Positions 10,396 to 20,037 of a DNA stretch of 64,000 nucleotides are shown piece after piece (position 1 is the first letter of the stretch; every line of letters begins with the position of its first letter). The notes below the pieces were generated by a model. The model was not told the origin of the DNA. It did no database searches and was given only the letters and a program-made list of their open reading frames with translations. The DNA is from an uncultured cyanobacterium (lineage in GTDB: Bacteria; Cyanobacteriota; Cyanobacteriia; CAKZMO01), in NCBI GenBank assembly GCA_963719515.1, contig CAVRCJ010000003.1, positions 480,001-544,000 of the forward strand. Reading direction: 5' to 3'. Both the position numbers and the translations under genes were made by a program.

Positions 10396-11589
10396 CTAGA
10401 GAGCCAGCAGATCGCGTATAGGTCGGGTAACCCAGTTTAGACCGACCTTGACCTGGTGATCAAGCGTTGGCATTCGGTAGAGGTAGGCCAGCCGACGCGC
10501 CACGTGGGCCATTGGACCTTCTAGAGTGACGCCTAGCCCCGTCAGCGTGGCATTGTCCGTACCCAGAGACAGCATTTCTCCTAGATGTTGGTAGCGGAAC
10601 GGCAGCAGGGGCCGTCCCGTAGCCGACGCCCAAATATTCCAGGCGGCGAACTGCGCCTCCTGCAGCGCGGCCTGGGCGGTAATAGGGACGAGATCGCCGG
10701 AGGCATCGTGAGTGACAGCCACATCTCCCAAGGCAAAGATTTCGGGGTGATTTCGAGTTTGTAGCGTTGGGGTTGTCAGCAGCTTTTGCTGCTCGTTTTT
10801 CTCCAAAGGCATATGGGTCACCATGTCGCTCACTTTCGTGCCCACGGTCCACAGCACCACATCCACGGGAATTTCGTCCACCTGCCCCCGATACTCTAGG
10901 GAGATGCTTTCGGCCTCGACTTGGCTCACCTTGGTTTCTGTGTCAATCCACACCTTGCGGTCTTCCAGCGCCTTGTTGGCAGCGGCGCGGTTGAACTCCG
11001 TAGACGAGCCTAAAATCTTATCGCTTAGCTCGATGATGCGGACCCGGCCCCGCTCCCCTAGCCTATCCGACAGCTTACAGGCTAGCTCTACGCCGCTGTA
11101 CCCGCCGCCCACCACAGCAACGCGGATGCGATCGCGCTCCGATTCTTCAAGCTGCTGAATCTTTTGTTTCAGCCGATAGGCATCGTCCACGGAGCGAAAA
11201 GGCAGCGCGTGGTCTGCTGCCCCGGGGACAATATCCAGCGGTGTTTCGCCACCTAAAGCCAGCACTAAGTAGTCGTAGGGACGGGGGTCCGCGCCGTTGA
11301 AGTAGACCATCCGGTTATCTACGTCTACGCCAGCGACGGAGAGCTGCTGAAACTGAACGCAGGTATTGGCCAGCAGGTCAACGTACAGCGGCGCAATTTC
11401 CCAAGTTTCTAGCTCGCCGGTGAGCAGCTCATAGAGCAGGGGAGCAAACACAAAGCGATCGCGCTGATCGGCGAGCAGGATACTGGGCTTTTCCTCCCAG
11501 GCCAGCTCGTCAATTTTCAGGGCGGCGTAGAGGCCAGCAAAACCACCGCCTAAAATCACGACGCGGGGAGACGATGCGGGTTGAGTCAT
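10396..11589 (-). CDS. ndbB: Type-2 NAD(P)H dehydrogenase (NdbB-like, demethylphylloquinone reductase family)
   Basis: GGGFAG and GGGYSGVELA dinucleotide motifs, IFALGD, TAQAALQ, RRLAYLYRMPT; start MTQP. Confidence 0.78.
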   Translation of the reverse strand: MTQPASSPRVVILGGGFAGLYAALKIDELAWEEKPSILLADQRDRFVFAPLLYELLTGELETWEIAPLYVDLLANTCVQFQQLSVAGVDVDNRMVYFNGADPRPYDYLVLALGGETPLDIVPGAADHALPFRSVDDAYRLKQKIQQLEESERDRIRVAVVGGGYSGVELACKLSDRLGERGRVRIIELSDKILGSSTEFNRAAANKALEDRKVWIDTETKVSQVEAESISLEYRGQVDEIPVDVVLWTVGTKVSDMVTHMPLEKNEQQKLLTTPTLQTRNHPEIFALGDVAVTHDASGDLVPITAQAALQEAQFAAWNIWASATGRPLLPFRYQHLGEMLSLGTDNATLTGLGVTLEGPMAHVARRLAYLYRMPTLDHQVKVGLNWVTRPIRDLLAL

Positions 11590-11756
11590 AGGAGCCAAGG
11601 GGGGAGTGCAGAGTGCTGGTAACGCGGCGATTTGCCACTGGTAAAGGCTGAATCTTCTCAATCTTTAAGATAACAAGTCCAAGCAAAACTGCACCTCAGA
11701 TGCTTATGCCAAAGGGTACAAAGTTCCCCAAGAGTCTCGCAAGCAGAGCGCCAAGA

Positions 11757-12293
11757 TCAAAGTCCTAGATCCTGAGCCGCCAGGCGAATTTGCTCTAGCC
11801 GCCGCCGATTGACCCCTAGGTCAGACTCCCCCACGCGAGCGGCTGAGCGCATGTGAATCACGGTCTCATCAGAAGGAAAGTAGAATTCCACGTCGTCTAC
11901 AAATCCCATCAACCGACTGCTGGATTCAGCCCGGATGTAGTTCTCTGTGCGCTCCACAATAGTTGTGCGAGGGACCACAGACAGAACGTCAATCAGCGTT
12001 GTATAGGCGTTCTCCTGCGGAATTTGGTAGGAGAGAGGAGCGATCGCATGGTCAGGGTCGGGGGTCTGGCTGACGACGCAATTGGGTGAGTCAGGGCAAG
12101 GCAACAGGGCTCCGTTCTCAAGGCCTAGCGGCTTGGGAGTGCCGGCGAATACCCTTTTGAGCCCTGGCAAAGCGGCTAGAGACGGCGTGTGAAGGGCGGC
12201 CTGTCGGGACAGGTCCGTGGGGTCATCGGCTAGGCCCGCCACAGGGCCTGTGATGGCGATTAGTCCTACGAGAATCCAGGCAAAAATTTGCAT
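11757..12293 (-). CDS. DUF1499 domain protein
   Basis: CPDSPNCVVSQ, GFVDDVEF, RSAARVGESDLGVNRRRLE. Confidence 0.9.
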   Translation of the reverse strand: MQIFAWILVGLIAITGPVAGLADDPTDLSRQAALHTPSLAALPGLKRVFAGTPKPLGLENGALLPCPDSPNCVVSQTPDPDHAIAPLSYQIPQENAYTTLIDVLSVVPRTTIVERTENYIRAESSSRLMGFVDDVEFYFPSDETVIHMRSAARVGESDLGVNRRRLEQIRLAAQDLGL

Positions 12294-12567
12294 GATTGCG
12301 ATTTTAAAATTACAGCTTATTGCTCAGTCACAATCAATGGTAGTGGATTCCGGCAAGCGGGTTTAATAGTGACGTGTGATGCCAGTCTGATGAAACTTAG
12401 GTGAAACCTCTCCCCATAATTTTGCGTCAATTGGGACAACCCTTTGTCTCCCATCGATAGTAATTTAGAGTACAGATCGCCCGATATTACGCCGTTAGGG
12501 TAATGCTCATCGTCGTCAAAAGTTTTTACAATCACTATCATCGTGCGTCTCCGTAGCTCCCAAAATT

Positions 12568-14100
12568 ATGAAACGTATTCGCCTCTTTATTGCTGCAACA
12601 CTCTTCATTTTTACGCTGGTCACAGTGCTGTTTTTACAGCCGGAGAGGACTAAGCTGGCATCAGCCTTCGTGCGATCGCAGCTAAATTTGGGAGAGACGC
12701 TGACGGACGAGCTTGTTCTAGCGGAAACCTCCCGCGCTGCTCGAGCGGGCGCGGGCGTCCAGCGTACGATGCAGTGGCTGCATACCAGTACCCCAGAGCA
12801 TCCCAACACAGTCCGCATTCTGATTTACGGCCAGTCTATTAGCAAGCAAAGCTGGTGGCTCGATGTGGCCGACAATTTAAACAGCCGGTTTCCTTCTGCA
12901 AATGTATTAATTGAAAATCGCGCCATCGGGGGCTTTGACAGCTCTAGGCTAATTCGTACAGCCGAACACGATTTATATTCTTTCTATCCTGATTTACTGC
13001 TCTTCCACGTCTACGGTAGCGAAGAAGATTACGAGTCAATTATCGCTAGGCTCCGGGCGCAAACGACAGCAGAGATAATGCTGATTTCTGACCACATTAC
13101 GTGGCTCCCTTCGGGCACCTCTGAAGATAGTTTTGATGAGCTCAAGCGCTTTCAATGGCATAACCAGCATTCTTTGGAGTGGCTCCCGGCGATCGCCGAC
13201 AAATATGGCTGTGAGCTGTTAGAGCTCCGTGCCCCTTGGACGGCCTATCTCACAGAAAACTCTCTTGAGCCCCAAGACTTACTGAAAGACCAGGTTCACC
13301 TCAACGAGCGCGGCAGCGAGCTGATGGCGTCTTTGATTGAAAAGCGCCTGACCTATGATCCATCGCTGAGCCCCGCGCTGCCTGCAACCACCGTCCAGTT
13401 TCAAAAGACTTTTCCCCCATCCCAGTGGCGCGACGGCAAATTCGAGGCGACGTTTGAGGGCAACCGCGTCACCGCGTTTCTTCATCAGTCTGCTGCGTCG
13501 TCTCCCAAGGTTGAGTTTTTCATTGACGGCCAGCGACCCTCACAGTATCCAGACTCCTACGCCGTGACCCGCTCAAGCAACACCGTGGGCGTCGAGTGGC
13601 CCGCTATTTTGCAGGTTGGTCACCAAAACCCGCTGCTGCTCGAAGAGTGGAAGGCTGTGATTACCGAGATTGACGATCGGGCGGAAGCGTTTACCTTCAC
13701 GGTATTCGGCTCCCTAAGCGGGTTCGACGGCTCGGGCCGCAGCGACCAACCGTTTGTCTCAAATTCGGGACGGGTGGTGATCCAGCCTCAGGATTGGTGG
13801 CTAGCCAACGCCCAGCGGTTTTCCGAAGTGCCGACCCCAGAGGGCTTCCAAATTACCTGGGAGGTTGAGCCCCTATTTGCGGATGGGTATTTTTCTTCAG
13901 GCATCAATCCCGCCCCCAATCCCGCAGCTCTGACAGAGATCCTTGTGAGCCAGCACCTCGACAACGGCAGTCATACCTTGGAAATCGTGACCGATTCTCC
14001 CGATCTCGTCGCCGAAATTCGCACCGACCACCCGCCGTCGTTAGATGAAATTTCAGCGGCGTCAGCGAGACAAACTGCTAGCCCAGCTGCAGCGAGCTGA
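12568..14100 (+). CDS. Membrane-anchored/secreted SGNH-hydrolase-like protein with C-terminal beta-rich domain
   Basis: N-terminal TM; YGQSIS block I, NRAIGG block II, DQVHLN block V. Confidence 0.65.
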   Translation: MKRIRLFIAATLFIFTLVTVLFLQPERTKLASAFVRSQLNLGETLTDELVLAETSRAARAGAGVQRTMQWLHTSTPEHPNTVRILIYGQSISKQSWWLDVADNLNSRFPSANVLIENRAIGGFDSSRLIRTAEHDLYSFYPDLLLFHVYGSEEDYESIIARLRAQTTAEIMLISDHITWLPSGTSEDSFDELKRFQWHNQHSLEWLPAIADKYGCELLELRAPWTAYLTENSLEPQDLLKDQVHLNERGSELMASLIEKRLTYDPSLSPALPATTVQFQKTFPPSQWRDGKFEATFEGNRVTAFLHQSAASSPKVEFFIDGQRPSQYPDSYAVTRSSNTVGVEWPAILQVGHQNPLLLEEWKAVITEIDDRAEAFTFTVFGSLSGFDGSGRSDQPFVSNSGRVVIQPQDWWLANAQRFSEVPTPEGFQITWEVEPLFADGYFSSGINPAPNPAALTEILVSQHLDNGSHTLEIVTDSPDLVAEIRTDHPPSLDEISAASARQTASPAAAS

Positions 14101-14101
14101 G

Positions 14102-15175
14102 CTAGAGCGAATTGGAGTCGAGTATAGGCCTAATTGCGTTGATGGGGACTGCGAAGCCAAGCCCCTGAGTGCCCTCTAGCACCGCTGTATTGATGCCGAT
14201 GACCTCCCCCGATGCATTCAGCAGGGGGCCGCCAGAGCTGCCGGGGTTGATAGCCGCGTCGGTTTGAATGAATGGACCCGGACGATCCGTGAGCTGCAGC
14301 TCTTTCCCCTGACGATTGATGGCGCTGATGATGCCCACCGTCACGGTGTTGCTCAAACCCATAGGGCTTCCGATGGCGATCGCCCACTCTCCTGGCCGCA
14401 GGCGATTTGAGTCTCCGAGAGTAACGGCGGGATAGTCTCCCTCTGCCACGCGCACCAAAGCGACGTCGAGGCTGGGATTACGGTAGACTACCTGTCCCAT
14501 CAGCGGGCGGCCCTGCTGCAAAATAATTTGAGCCTGTGGGTTGTTGCCGACAACGTGGGCATTGGTCACAATCAGTCCATCGGAGCGAACGAACATGCCT
14601 GAGCCGGAAAACGGCGAGGCGGTCTGTGGACCAGCCTGCGGGACAGTAGGCGCTCCTGGCTGCGGCTGATAGCCTGCTGGCCGAGCCACTGGGCGCACCT
14701 GAACAATGGCCGGACTAATATATTCAACTAGATCTGCGATTGAAGCGGGCGGGTGGAAAGCGTCAGGCGGCAGAGGATGGGGGGCTGTGGTGGGTGCAGG
14801 TGCACGAGGGGCAGTGACTTGGGGAGCCGCAATCTGGGGAGCAGCTTGAGGAGTGATGGCCTGAGGAATATCGCCCTGAACAGGGGACGACGGCAGGGGG
14901 GACATCGGGGCCGCTGTGGAAGGGCTGGGGAGGGGTGATGGGGCGGCTTTAGGCAAATTGAGCGATGCAGCCTCACGCCTGGGCTCTGCTGGCCGGGGTG
15001 CCGTAGTGCTGCGATCGCTCAGCAGTACCACAGCGGCGACGACGACAAGACAGTAGAGGAGCCGCGCGGCGGGAGTCGCCACAGGCACGGCAGAAGGCTT
15101 ACCTTGAGTCGTTCTCATCTGAGGCTCTGGCGGCTTTGATGGCGGACGAGATGACGGCTGAGGCGAATACGTCAT
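14102..15175 (-). CDS. HtrA/trypsin-like serine protease without PDZ domain, Pro-rich linker
   Basis: [30 protein letters not shown]; ends just after the protease domain. Confidence 0.88.
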   Translation of the reverse strand: MTYSPQPSSRPPSKPPEPQMRTTQGKPSAVPVATPAARLLYCLVVVAAVVLLSDRSTTAPRPAEPRREAASLNLPKAAPSPLPSPSTAAPMSPLPSSPVQGDIPQAITPQAAPQIAAPQVTAPRAPAPTTAPHPLPPDAFHPPASIADLVEYISPAIVQVRPVARPAGYQPQPGAPTVPQAGPQTASPFSGSGMFVRSDGLIVTNAHVVGNNPQAQIILQQGRPLMGQVVYRNPSLDVALVRVAEGDYPAVTLGDSNRLRPGEWAIAIGSPMGLSNTVTVGIISAINRQGKELQLTDRPGPFIQTDAAINPGSSGGPLLNASGEVIGINTAVLEGTQGLGFAVPINAIRPILDSNSL

Positions 15176-15471
15176 AGGTCAGTCGGCAACCCAAGATAAG
15201 TATATCAGTACCATAGCGCAGCGCCAACCGTTCCGGCAACTGCTGTTTGCCGAATGCCCTGGACTCCTCTACCGGAGGGACATTGCGGCGCATCTCCTAA
15301 TCTATTGCAGCCCCGCCGAGGATTTCGACCCGGAAAACCATCCCGTAAGATCACGGAAATTTCGCTAAAATGAGCCTGCACTTTTCAGCAATTCCCCGTA
15401 CTAATTTCCGTAATTTTAACGACGTAGAATGCTGTCAAAAGCGCCACAATAGATTCAACTGCTAAAGAACA

Positions 15472-15590
15472 CATCCAAGCGGTCAAGCAACTGAGGGGGC
15501 ATTGTTGCTTCTGTCCGTCCCTGGATGAGTTACTTAAGCCAGAAGCCTGGTCATCCTGGGGGCTTATCAGAGACCAGGCTTTTTTCTTTT
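15472..15590 (+). ncRNA. Candidate structured sRNA or leader with intrinsic terminator
   Basis: CATCCA/TGGATG plus AAGCAAC/GTTGCTT stem; AAGCCTGGTC/GACCAGGCTT stem followed by a T-tract. Confidence 0.45.
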
Positions 15591-15789
15591 AAACTTTTAA
15601 ACTGCTTTGGCCCTGAGGGGGCTTTAGCTCGCTGCCCTATAGGTATTGAAGCAGCTATTTGAGCCTAGTTCTAGGGTGGGCCAGTACGGAAAGCCGTCTA
15701 CTGTCGGGCAAAGTGAGCAGAGTCGAAGCCGCTAGAATTGTGGGACAAGCTCGCGTAGCGTAGTGTCTCTCACGATTAGACTCAGAGCA

Positions 15790-16956
15790 ATGCAGAAAAA
15801 ACGTTTGGTTCGATTGTTTGCGGTAGTGCTGGGCGCGCTGCTGATATTGCCGGCGGTAGCCCTAGCGCCAGCGCAGGCTTCTCCCTTGCTGCCTTTGAGG
15901 CCAGGTCCGGCTCTGCTAGCTCAAATTCCGCAAAATCAGAATTTTGTCGCTAGCGCCGTTGAGACGGTGGGCAAGGCTGTCGTTCGCATCGACACGGAGC
16001 GGACGGTAACGCGCCGCTCTAGCAATCCCCTTTTTGAGGATCCCTTCTTTCGCCCGTTCTTCGGTGACCAGATGCAGGTCAATCCGTCTTTTGAGCAGCG
16101 GTTGAGGGGCCAGGGTTCGGGCTTCATCATCGATGGCGATGGCCTCATCTTGACCAATGCCCACGTGGTTGATCGGGCAGACCGGGTCAGCGTTCGGCTC
16201 AAGGACGGTCGCACCTTCAACGGTGAGGTGCTGGGGGCAGATGAGGTGACTGACCTGGCGGTGGTGCGTATCGTCGGTAGCTCTGACCTACCCGTGGCGT
16301 CGCTGGGAGATTCGGACCAGGTGAATGTAGGAGACTGGGCGATCGCCGTCGGTAATCCTCTCGGTCTTGACAACACCGTGACGCTGGGGATTGTGAGCAC
16401 TCTCAATCGATCCAGCAGCGCCGTGGGCATTCCCGATAAGCGGCTGGAGTTTATTCAGACCGATGCGGCCATCAATCCGGGCAACTCCGGAGGCCCACTG
16501 CTGAACGATCGCGGTCAGGTCATCGGCGTCAACACCGCCATTCGCGCTAACGCTAACGGTATCGGCTTTGCCATCCCTATCAATAAGGTAAAGGAAATCA
16601 CCCCTCAGCTGGCGCGAGGTGAGCAGGTGGAGCATCCCTACATCGGGGTGCAAATTGCCACGCTGACGCCACGAATTGCGCAGGACAATAACAGCGACCC
16701 CAATTCGACGGTAGTGCTCCCTGAGGTAAACGGGGTGCTCGTCACCGGGATTCAGCCCGGTACGCCCGCCGCCTCTTCGGGGCTTCGTCGAGGAGATGTC
16801 ATTGTGTCCATCGACGGCCAAGCGGTGACTTCTGCAGCAGACCTGCAAAACCGCGTCGACGATGCCCAGGTGGGTCAAAATCTACAGCTGCAGGTCCGCC
16901 GAGGAGAGCAGGCGGTTCGCATATCGGTGAGAACAGCGAACCTAGAGAACACCTAG
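15790..16956 (+). CDS. hhoA: HtrA/DegP family protease with one PDZ domain (HhoA-like)
   Basis: Signal peptide, [48 protein letters not shown]. Confidence 0.8.
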   Translation: MQKKRLVRLFAVVLGALLILPAVALAPAQASPLLPLRPGPALLAQIPQNQNFVASAVETVGKAVVRIDTERTVTRRSSNPLFEDPFFRPFFGDQMQVNPSFEQRLRGQGSGFIIDGDGLILTNAHVVDRADRVSVRLKDGRTFNGEVLGADEVTDLAVVRIVGSSDLPVASLGDSDQVNVGDWAIAVGNPLGLDNTVTLGIVSTLNRSSSAVGIPDKRLEFIQTDAAINPGNSGGPLLNDRGQVIGVNTAIRANANGIGFAIPINKVKEITPQLARGEQVEHPYIGVQIATLTPRIAQDNNSDPNSTVVLPEVNGVLVTGIQPGTPAASSGLRRGDVIVSIDGQAVTSAADLQNRVDDAQVGQNLQLQVRRGEQAVRISVRTANLENT

Positions 16957-17064
16957 AGCTTGCCCAAATCTTTACTCTTAGCTCCGTACATTCACTCTGA
17001 GTTTATGTAATCTATGAGACTTAAGGGTCACAATTAAGAGGAGTGTTGCACAGCTCGTCTCTCT

Positions 17065-17098
17065 AAATCCCGGCCTCACCGCCGGGATTTTCCTTTTC
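17065..17098. terminator. Intrinsic terminator between convergent hhoA and moaD-like genes
   Basis: AAATCCCGGC-CTCACC-GCCGGGATTT followed by TCCTTTT. Confidence 0.8.
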
Positions 17099-17115
17099 TG
17101 TGGGCAGGACTGTGG

Positions 17116-17391
17116 CTAGCCTCCGGCAACGGCGGGCACAATGCTAACTTCGTCGCCTTCGTTGAGTGCAGTCTTTTGCCCTTCTAAAAAGCGAATGTCT
17201 TCGCTGTTGACGTAGAAGTTGACAAAGCGCCGCAGCTTCCCCTCATCATCGCAGAGGCGGGACTTAATGCCGGGGCACTGCTGCTCTAAGGAATCGAGCA
17301 GCGATGAAATGTCGCCACCTTCACAGTCAACCGTGGCCTGGTTTTTGGTAAATTTTTGCAGCGGGGTGGGGATGAGAACTTTAACGGTCAT
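17116..17391 (-). CDS. MoaD/ThiS/CysO-type ubiquitin-like sulfur carrier
   Basis: V.IPTPL, FVNFYVN.EDIRFL, C-terminal PAVAGG. Confidence 0.93.
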   Translation of the reverse strand: MTVKVLIPTPLQKFTKNQATVDCEGGDISSLLDSLEQQCPGIKSRLCDDEGKLRRFVNFYVNSEDIRFLEGQKTALNEGDEVSIVPAVAGG

Positions 17392-17495
17392 GGATTTTTA
17401 TAGGTCAGAAAATTAGTGACTAGAAGAGTTTTAGGTTGAACCCATCGACGGTAATACGCGAAGGGCGTACGACGTCGGCGGTGTTGAACACGTTT

Positions 17496-17524
17496 GTAGG
17501 GACATGGCATCGCCATATCCCTAC
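17496..17524. repeat. GTAG-type REP-like palindrome
   Basis: GTAGGGACATGGC-ATC-GCCATATCCCTAC. Confidence 0.7.
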
Positions 17525-17553
17525 GAGGTTTGAAGGATGATATCGTCTGCGAT

Positions 17554-18864
17554 TTACACGATGGTTTGCTGCCACTCCAGGCGGCCCAGGGTTTGCGCCC
17601 GCTCTAGCGCCCGCTCAAAGCTGTCGAGCTTCGGCTCAATGAAGAACGGCTCGCCGACGTGATCTTGAACGGCTTCTTGAGTTTTGAGACCGTTACCCGT
17701 GATGTAGGCCACCGTTGTCTCCTCGGAATCAATTTTGCCGGCTTCCACCAGCTTTTTGAGCACGGCAATAGTAGTACCGCCCGCCGTCTCGGTGAACACG
17801 CCTTCGGTTTCCGCCAGCAGCTTCATGCCCTCCACGATTTCCGCGTCGGTCACCGCCTCGATGTTGCCGTTGGTCTTGCGGGCCAGCTCTAGGGCATAGA
17901 CGCCGTCAGCCGGGTTACCGATAGCAATAGACTTGGCAATAGTGTTGGGCTTGACGGGGGTGATGAAGTCTCGCCCTTCTTTAAAGGCCTGGTAGATGGG
18001 GGAGCAGCCTTCTGCCTGAGCGCCGCTAAAGCGCACCGGCTTATCGTCTACAAGGCCGACTTTGACAAATTCCTGGAAGCCTTTGTAGATTTTGCCGTAT
18101 AGAGAGCCGGAGGCCAGGGGCGCAACGATGTGGTCGGGGAGCTGCCAGCCCAGCTGCTCAGCCACCTCAAAGCCTAAAGTCTTGGAACCTTCGGAGTAGT
18201 AGGGGCGCAGGTTAATGTTGACGAAGCCCCAGCCGTGGGTGTTGGCCACCTCGGAGCACAGGCGATTGACCTGGTCGTAGTTGCCTTCCACCGCCATTAG
18301 GGTAGGGCCGTAGATGAGGGTGCCCAGCACCTTACCGGATTCTAGGTCAGAGGGAATAAAGACGCAGCAGTCCAGTCCGGCGTGGGCCGCGATCGCCGCT
18401 GTAGAGTTGGCGAGGTTGCCGGTGCTGGCGCAGGATACGGTGGAGAAGCCCAGCTCCTGGGCGCGGGTGAGGGCCACGGAGACCACCCGGTCTTTAAAGC
18501 TCAGGGTGGGCATGTTGACCGCGTCGTTCTTGATGTAGAGATTTTTGAGACCCAGTCGGCGGGCCAGACGGTTGGCCTTGAGCAGCGGCGTCATGCCCGT
18601 CCCCACGTCGATGGGGGTATTGGTTTCTACGGGCAGAAAGGGGCGATAGCGCCAGATGGAGTTAGGGCCAGCCTCAATCACCTCGCGGCTCGTCAACCGT
18701 CGGATAGCATCGTAGTCGTAGCTCACCTCTAAAGGACCAAAGCACTCTTCGCAGACGTGCAGCGCCTTGGGCTCATACTCCGTCCCACATTCTTTACACT
18801 TCAGCGCGGTGAAGGTAGCGCTGTTGAGGCGAGGGTCGGTGATGCGGTTGAGGGACTGGGTCAT
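17554..18864 (-). CDS. thrC: Threonine synthase-like PLP enzyme with N-terminal Zn ribbon
   Basis: CKEC..CEEC ribbon, PTLSFKDR (PLP lysine), CASTGN, EGSKT, TGNGLKT. Confidence 0.8.
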   Translation of the reverse strand: MTQSLNRITDPRLNSATFTALKCKECGTEYEPKALHVCEECFGPLEVSYDYDAIRRLTSREVIEAGPNSIWRYRPFLPVETNTPIDVGTGMTPLLKANRLARRLGLKNLYIKNDAVNMPTLSFKDRVVSVALTRAQELGFSTVSCASTGNLANSTAAIAAHAGLDCCVFIPSDLESGKVLGTLIYGPTLMAVEGNYDQVNRLCSEVANTHGWGFVNINLRPYYSEGSKTLGFEVAEQLGWQLPDHIVAPLASGSLYGKIYKGFQEFVKVGLVDDKPVRFSGAQAEGCSPIYQAFKEGRDFITPVKPNTIAKSIAIGNPADGVYALELARKTNGNIEAVTDAEIVEGMKLLAETEGVFTETAGGTTIAVLKKLVEAGKIDSEETTVAYITGNGLKTQEAVQDHVGEPFFIEPKLDSFERALERAQTLGRLEWQQTIV

Positions 18865-18941
18865 GGGTTGCTCTCTCTTGAAAGTGGTTTCTTTTTCCTA
18901 GGTTGCTCGAAGTGTATCACGGCTAAAAAATTGGCGTCAAA

Positions 18942-18968
18942 CATACCCGACCTAAAGAGTCGGGTATG
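18942..18968. promoter_or_regulatory. IscR/Rrf2-family type-1-like operator
   Basis: Perfect inverted repeat CATACCCGAC-N7-GTCGGGTATG; close to IscR type-1 consensus ATASYYGACTRwwwYAGTCRRSTAT. Confidence 0.75.
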
Positions 18969-19212
18969 CCAAATCTCTCTTTGTGTAAGGCTCTGAGGCG
19001 ATTCTTCTGTAGCGGGCTTAAAAGAAACTCAGTTTTGAGGCCACAAGTTGACGGTCTATTTGGCCCAAAGCTTGACAAGGGCTACATCCAAAAGCGATCG
19101 CACTATAAGAAATCAACACCGTTAATCTGTCCGGTATCAGGGTCCCGTTGGCTATCGTGGATTGGCAGTGAGTCTGTTTGACAAATTTTATGCCCTTCTG
19201 CGGAGCTAACCC

Positions 19213-20037
19213 ATGATTAACCCTGTTGTTTGCCCCGAAACCTCCGCTAGTCTATGGGCCAGTTTTAGCTGGCAGACGTTTGGCTGGTTCAGCGACATCA
19301 AGCTGGTTTTAACGGCCCTACTCTCTCTCACTGTTTTGCCCTGGCTCATCAAGCTACCGTTCAGACGCTGGATCAGCGGTTTCAGCCTCGCTCTTCTGGC
19401 GCTCTATTTCATCGCGGCGTCTCCCACAGTGACAGCGTTAGGGCTGCAGGGGCTGACCCTACCGCTCGCTGCACCCCAGACGACCAGCGCCGACGCTATC
19501 GTTGTTTTGGGCCGAGGGGCAAATCTACAGACCGCTCGGCTCGAAACGGCATTTTCGCTGTGGCAGAGCGGGTATGCCCCCCGAATTTTTATCAGCGGTC
19601 GCGTCGATGCCCCCCAGATGGTTCAAAAGCTCAGAGCTATGGGGGTGCCAGAGCGCGCTGTCGACGGCGAGCCTTGCTCTAGCACGACTGAGGAAAATGC
19701 TCAGTACAGCGCCAGCATCCTGCAGCCCCAAGGCGTCAGCCGGATTGCCCTGGTGACAGACGGTCCCCACATGCTGCGATCGCTGCTGACCTTCCACAGC
19801 TTAGGATTTGACGTCACGCCTTACAAAACACCGCTGCCCAATACTCTAGGACAGTCAAGGTCCAAGTTTCTCATCGCCCGTGAGTATCTAGGACTAGCCA
19901 GCTACGGCGCTTTGGGGCGCTTCTTTCCGCGTACGGTTGCCTCGATGCCAGCGGTTCCCACTGACATCTCAGCTTCGCCGGATAGCGACGCTTTGCTTAA
20001 GAGCATTTTTGATAGCGCTGCAGCGCCCCGAAGCTAA
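19213..20037 (+). CDS. YdcF/ElyC (DUF218) family membrane protein
   Basis: ADAIVVLG, IFISG, S.TTEENA, LVTD..HMLRS, RE. Confidence 0.9.
   Translation: MINPVVCPETSASLWASFSWQTFGWFSDIKLVLTALLSLTVLPWLIKLPFRRWISGFSLALLALYFIAASPTVTALGLQGLTLPLAAPQTTSADAIVVLGRGANLQTARLETAFSLWQSGYAPRIFISGRVDAPQMVQKLRAMGVPERAVDGEPCSSTTEENAQYSASILQPQGVSRIALVTDGPHMLRSLLTFHSLGFDVTPYKTPLPNTLGQSRSKFLIAREYLGLASYGALGRFFPRTVASMPAVPTDISASPDSDALLKSIFDSAAAPRS

Noticed and set aside
17030..17100. Yfr2 or Yfr1 sRNA
   Set aside because: Lacks the GGAAAC repeats of Yfr2 and the ACTCCTCACAC motif of Yfr1
18865..19212. SAM or other riboswitch upstream of the thrC-like gene
   Set aside because: No aptamer consensus recognised; the palindrome fits a protein operator better
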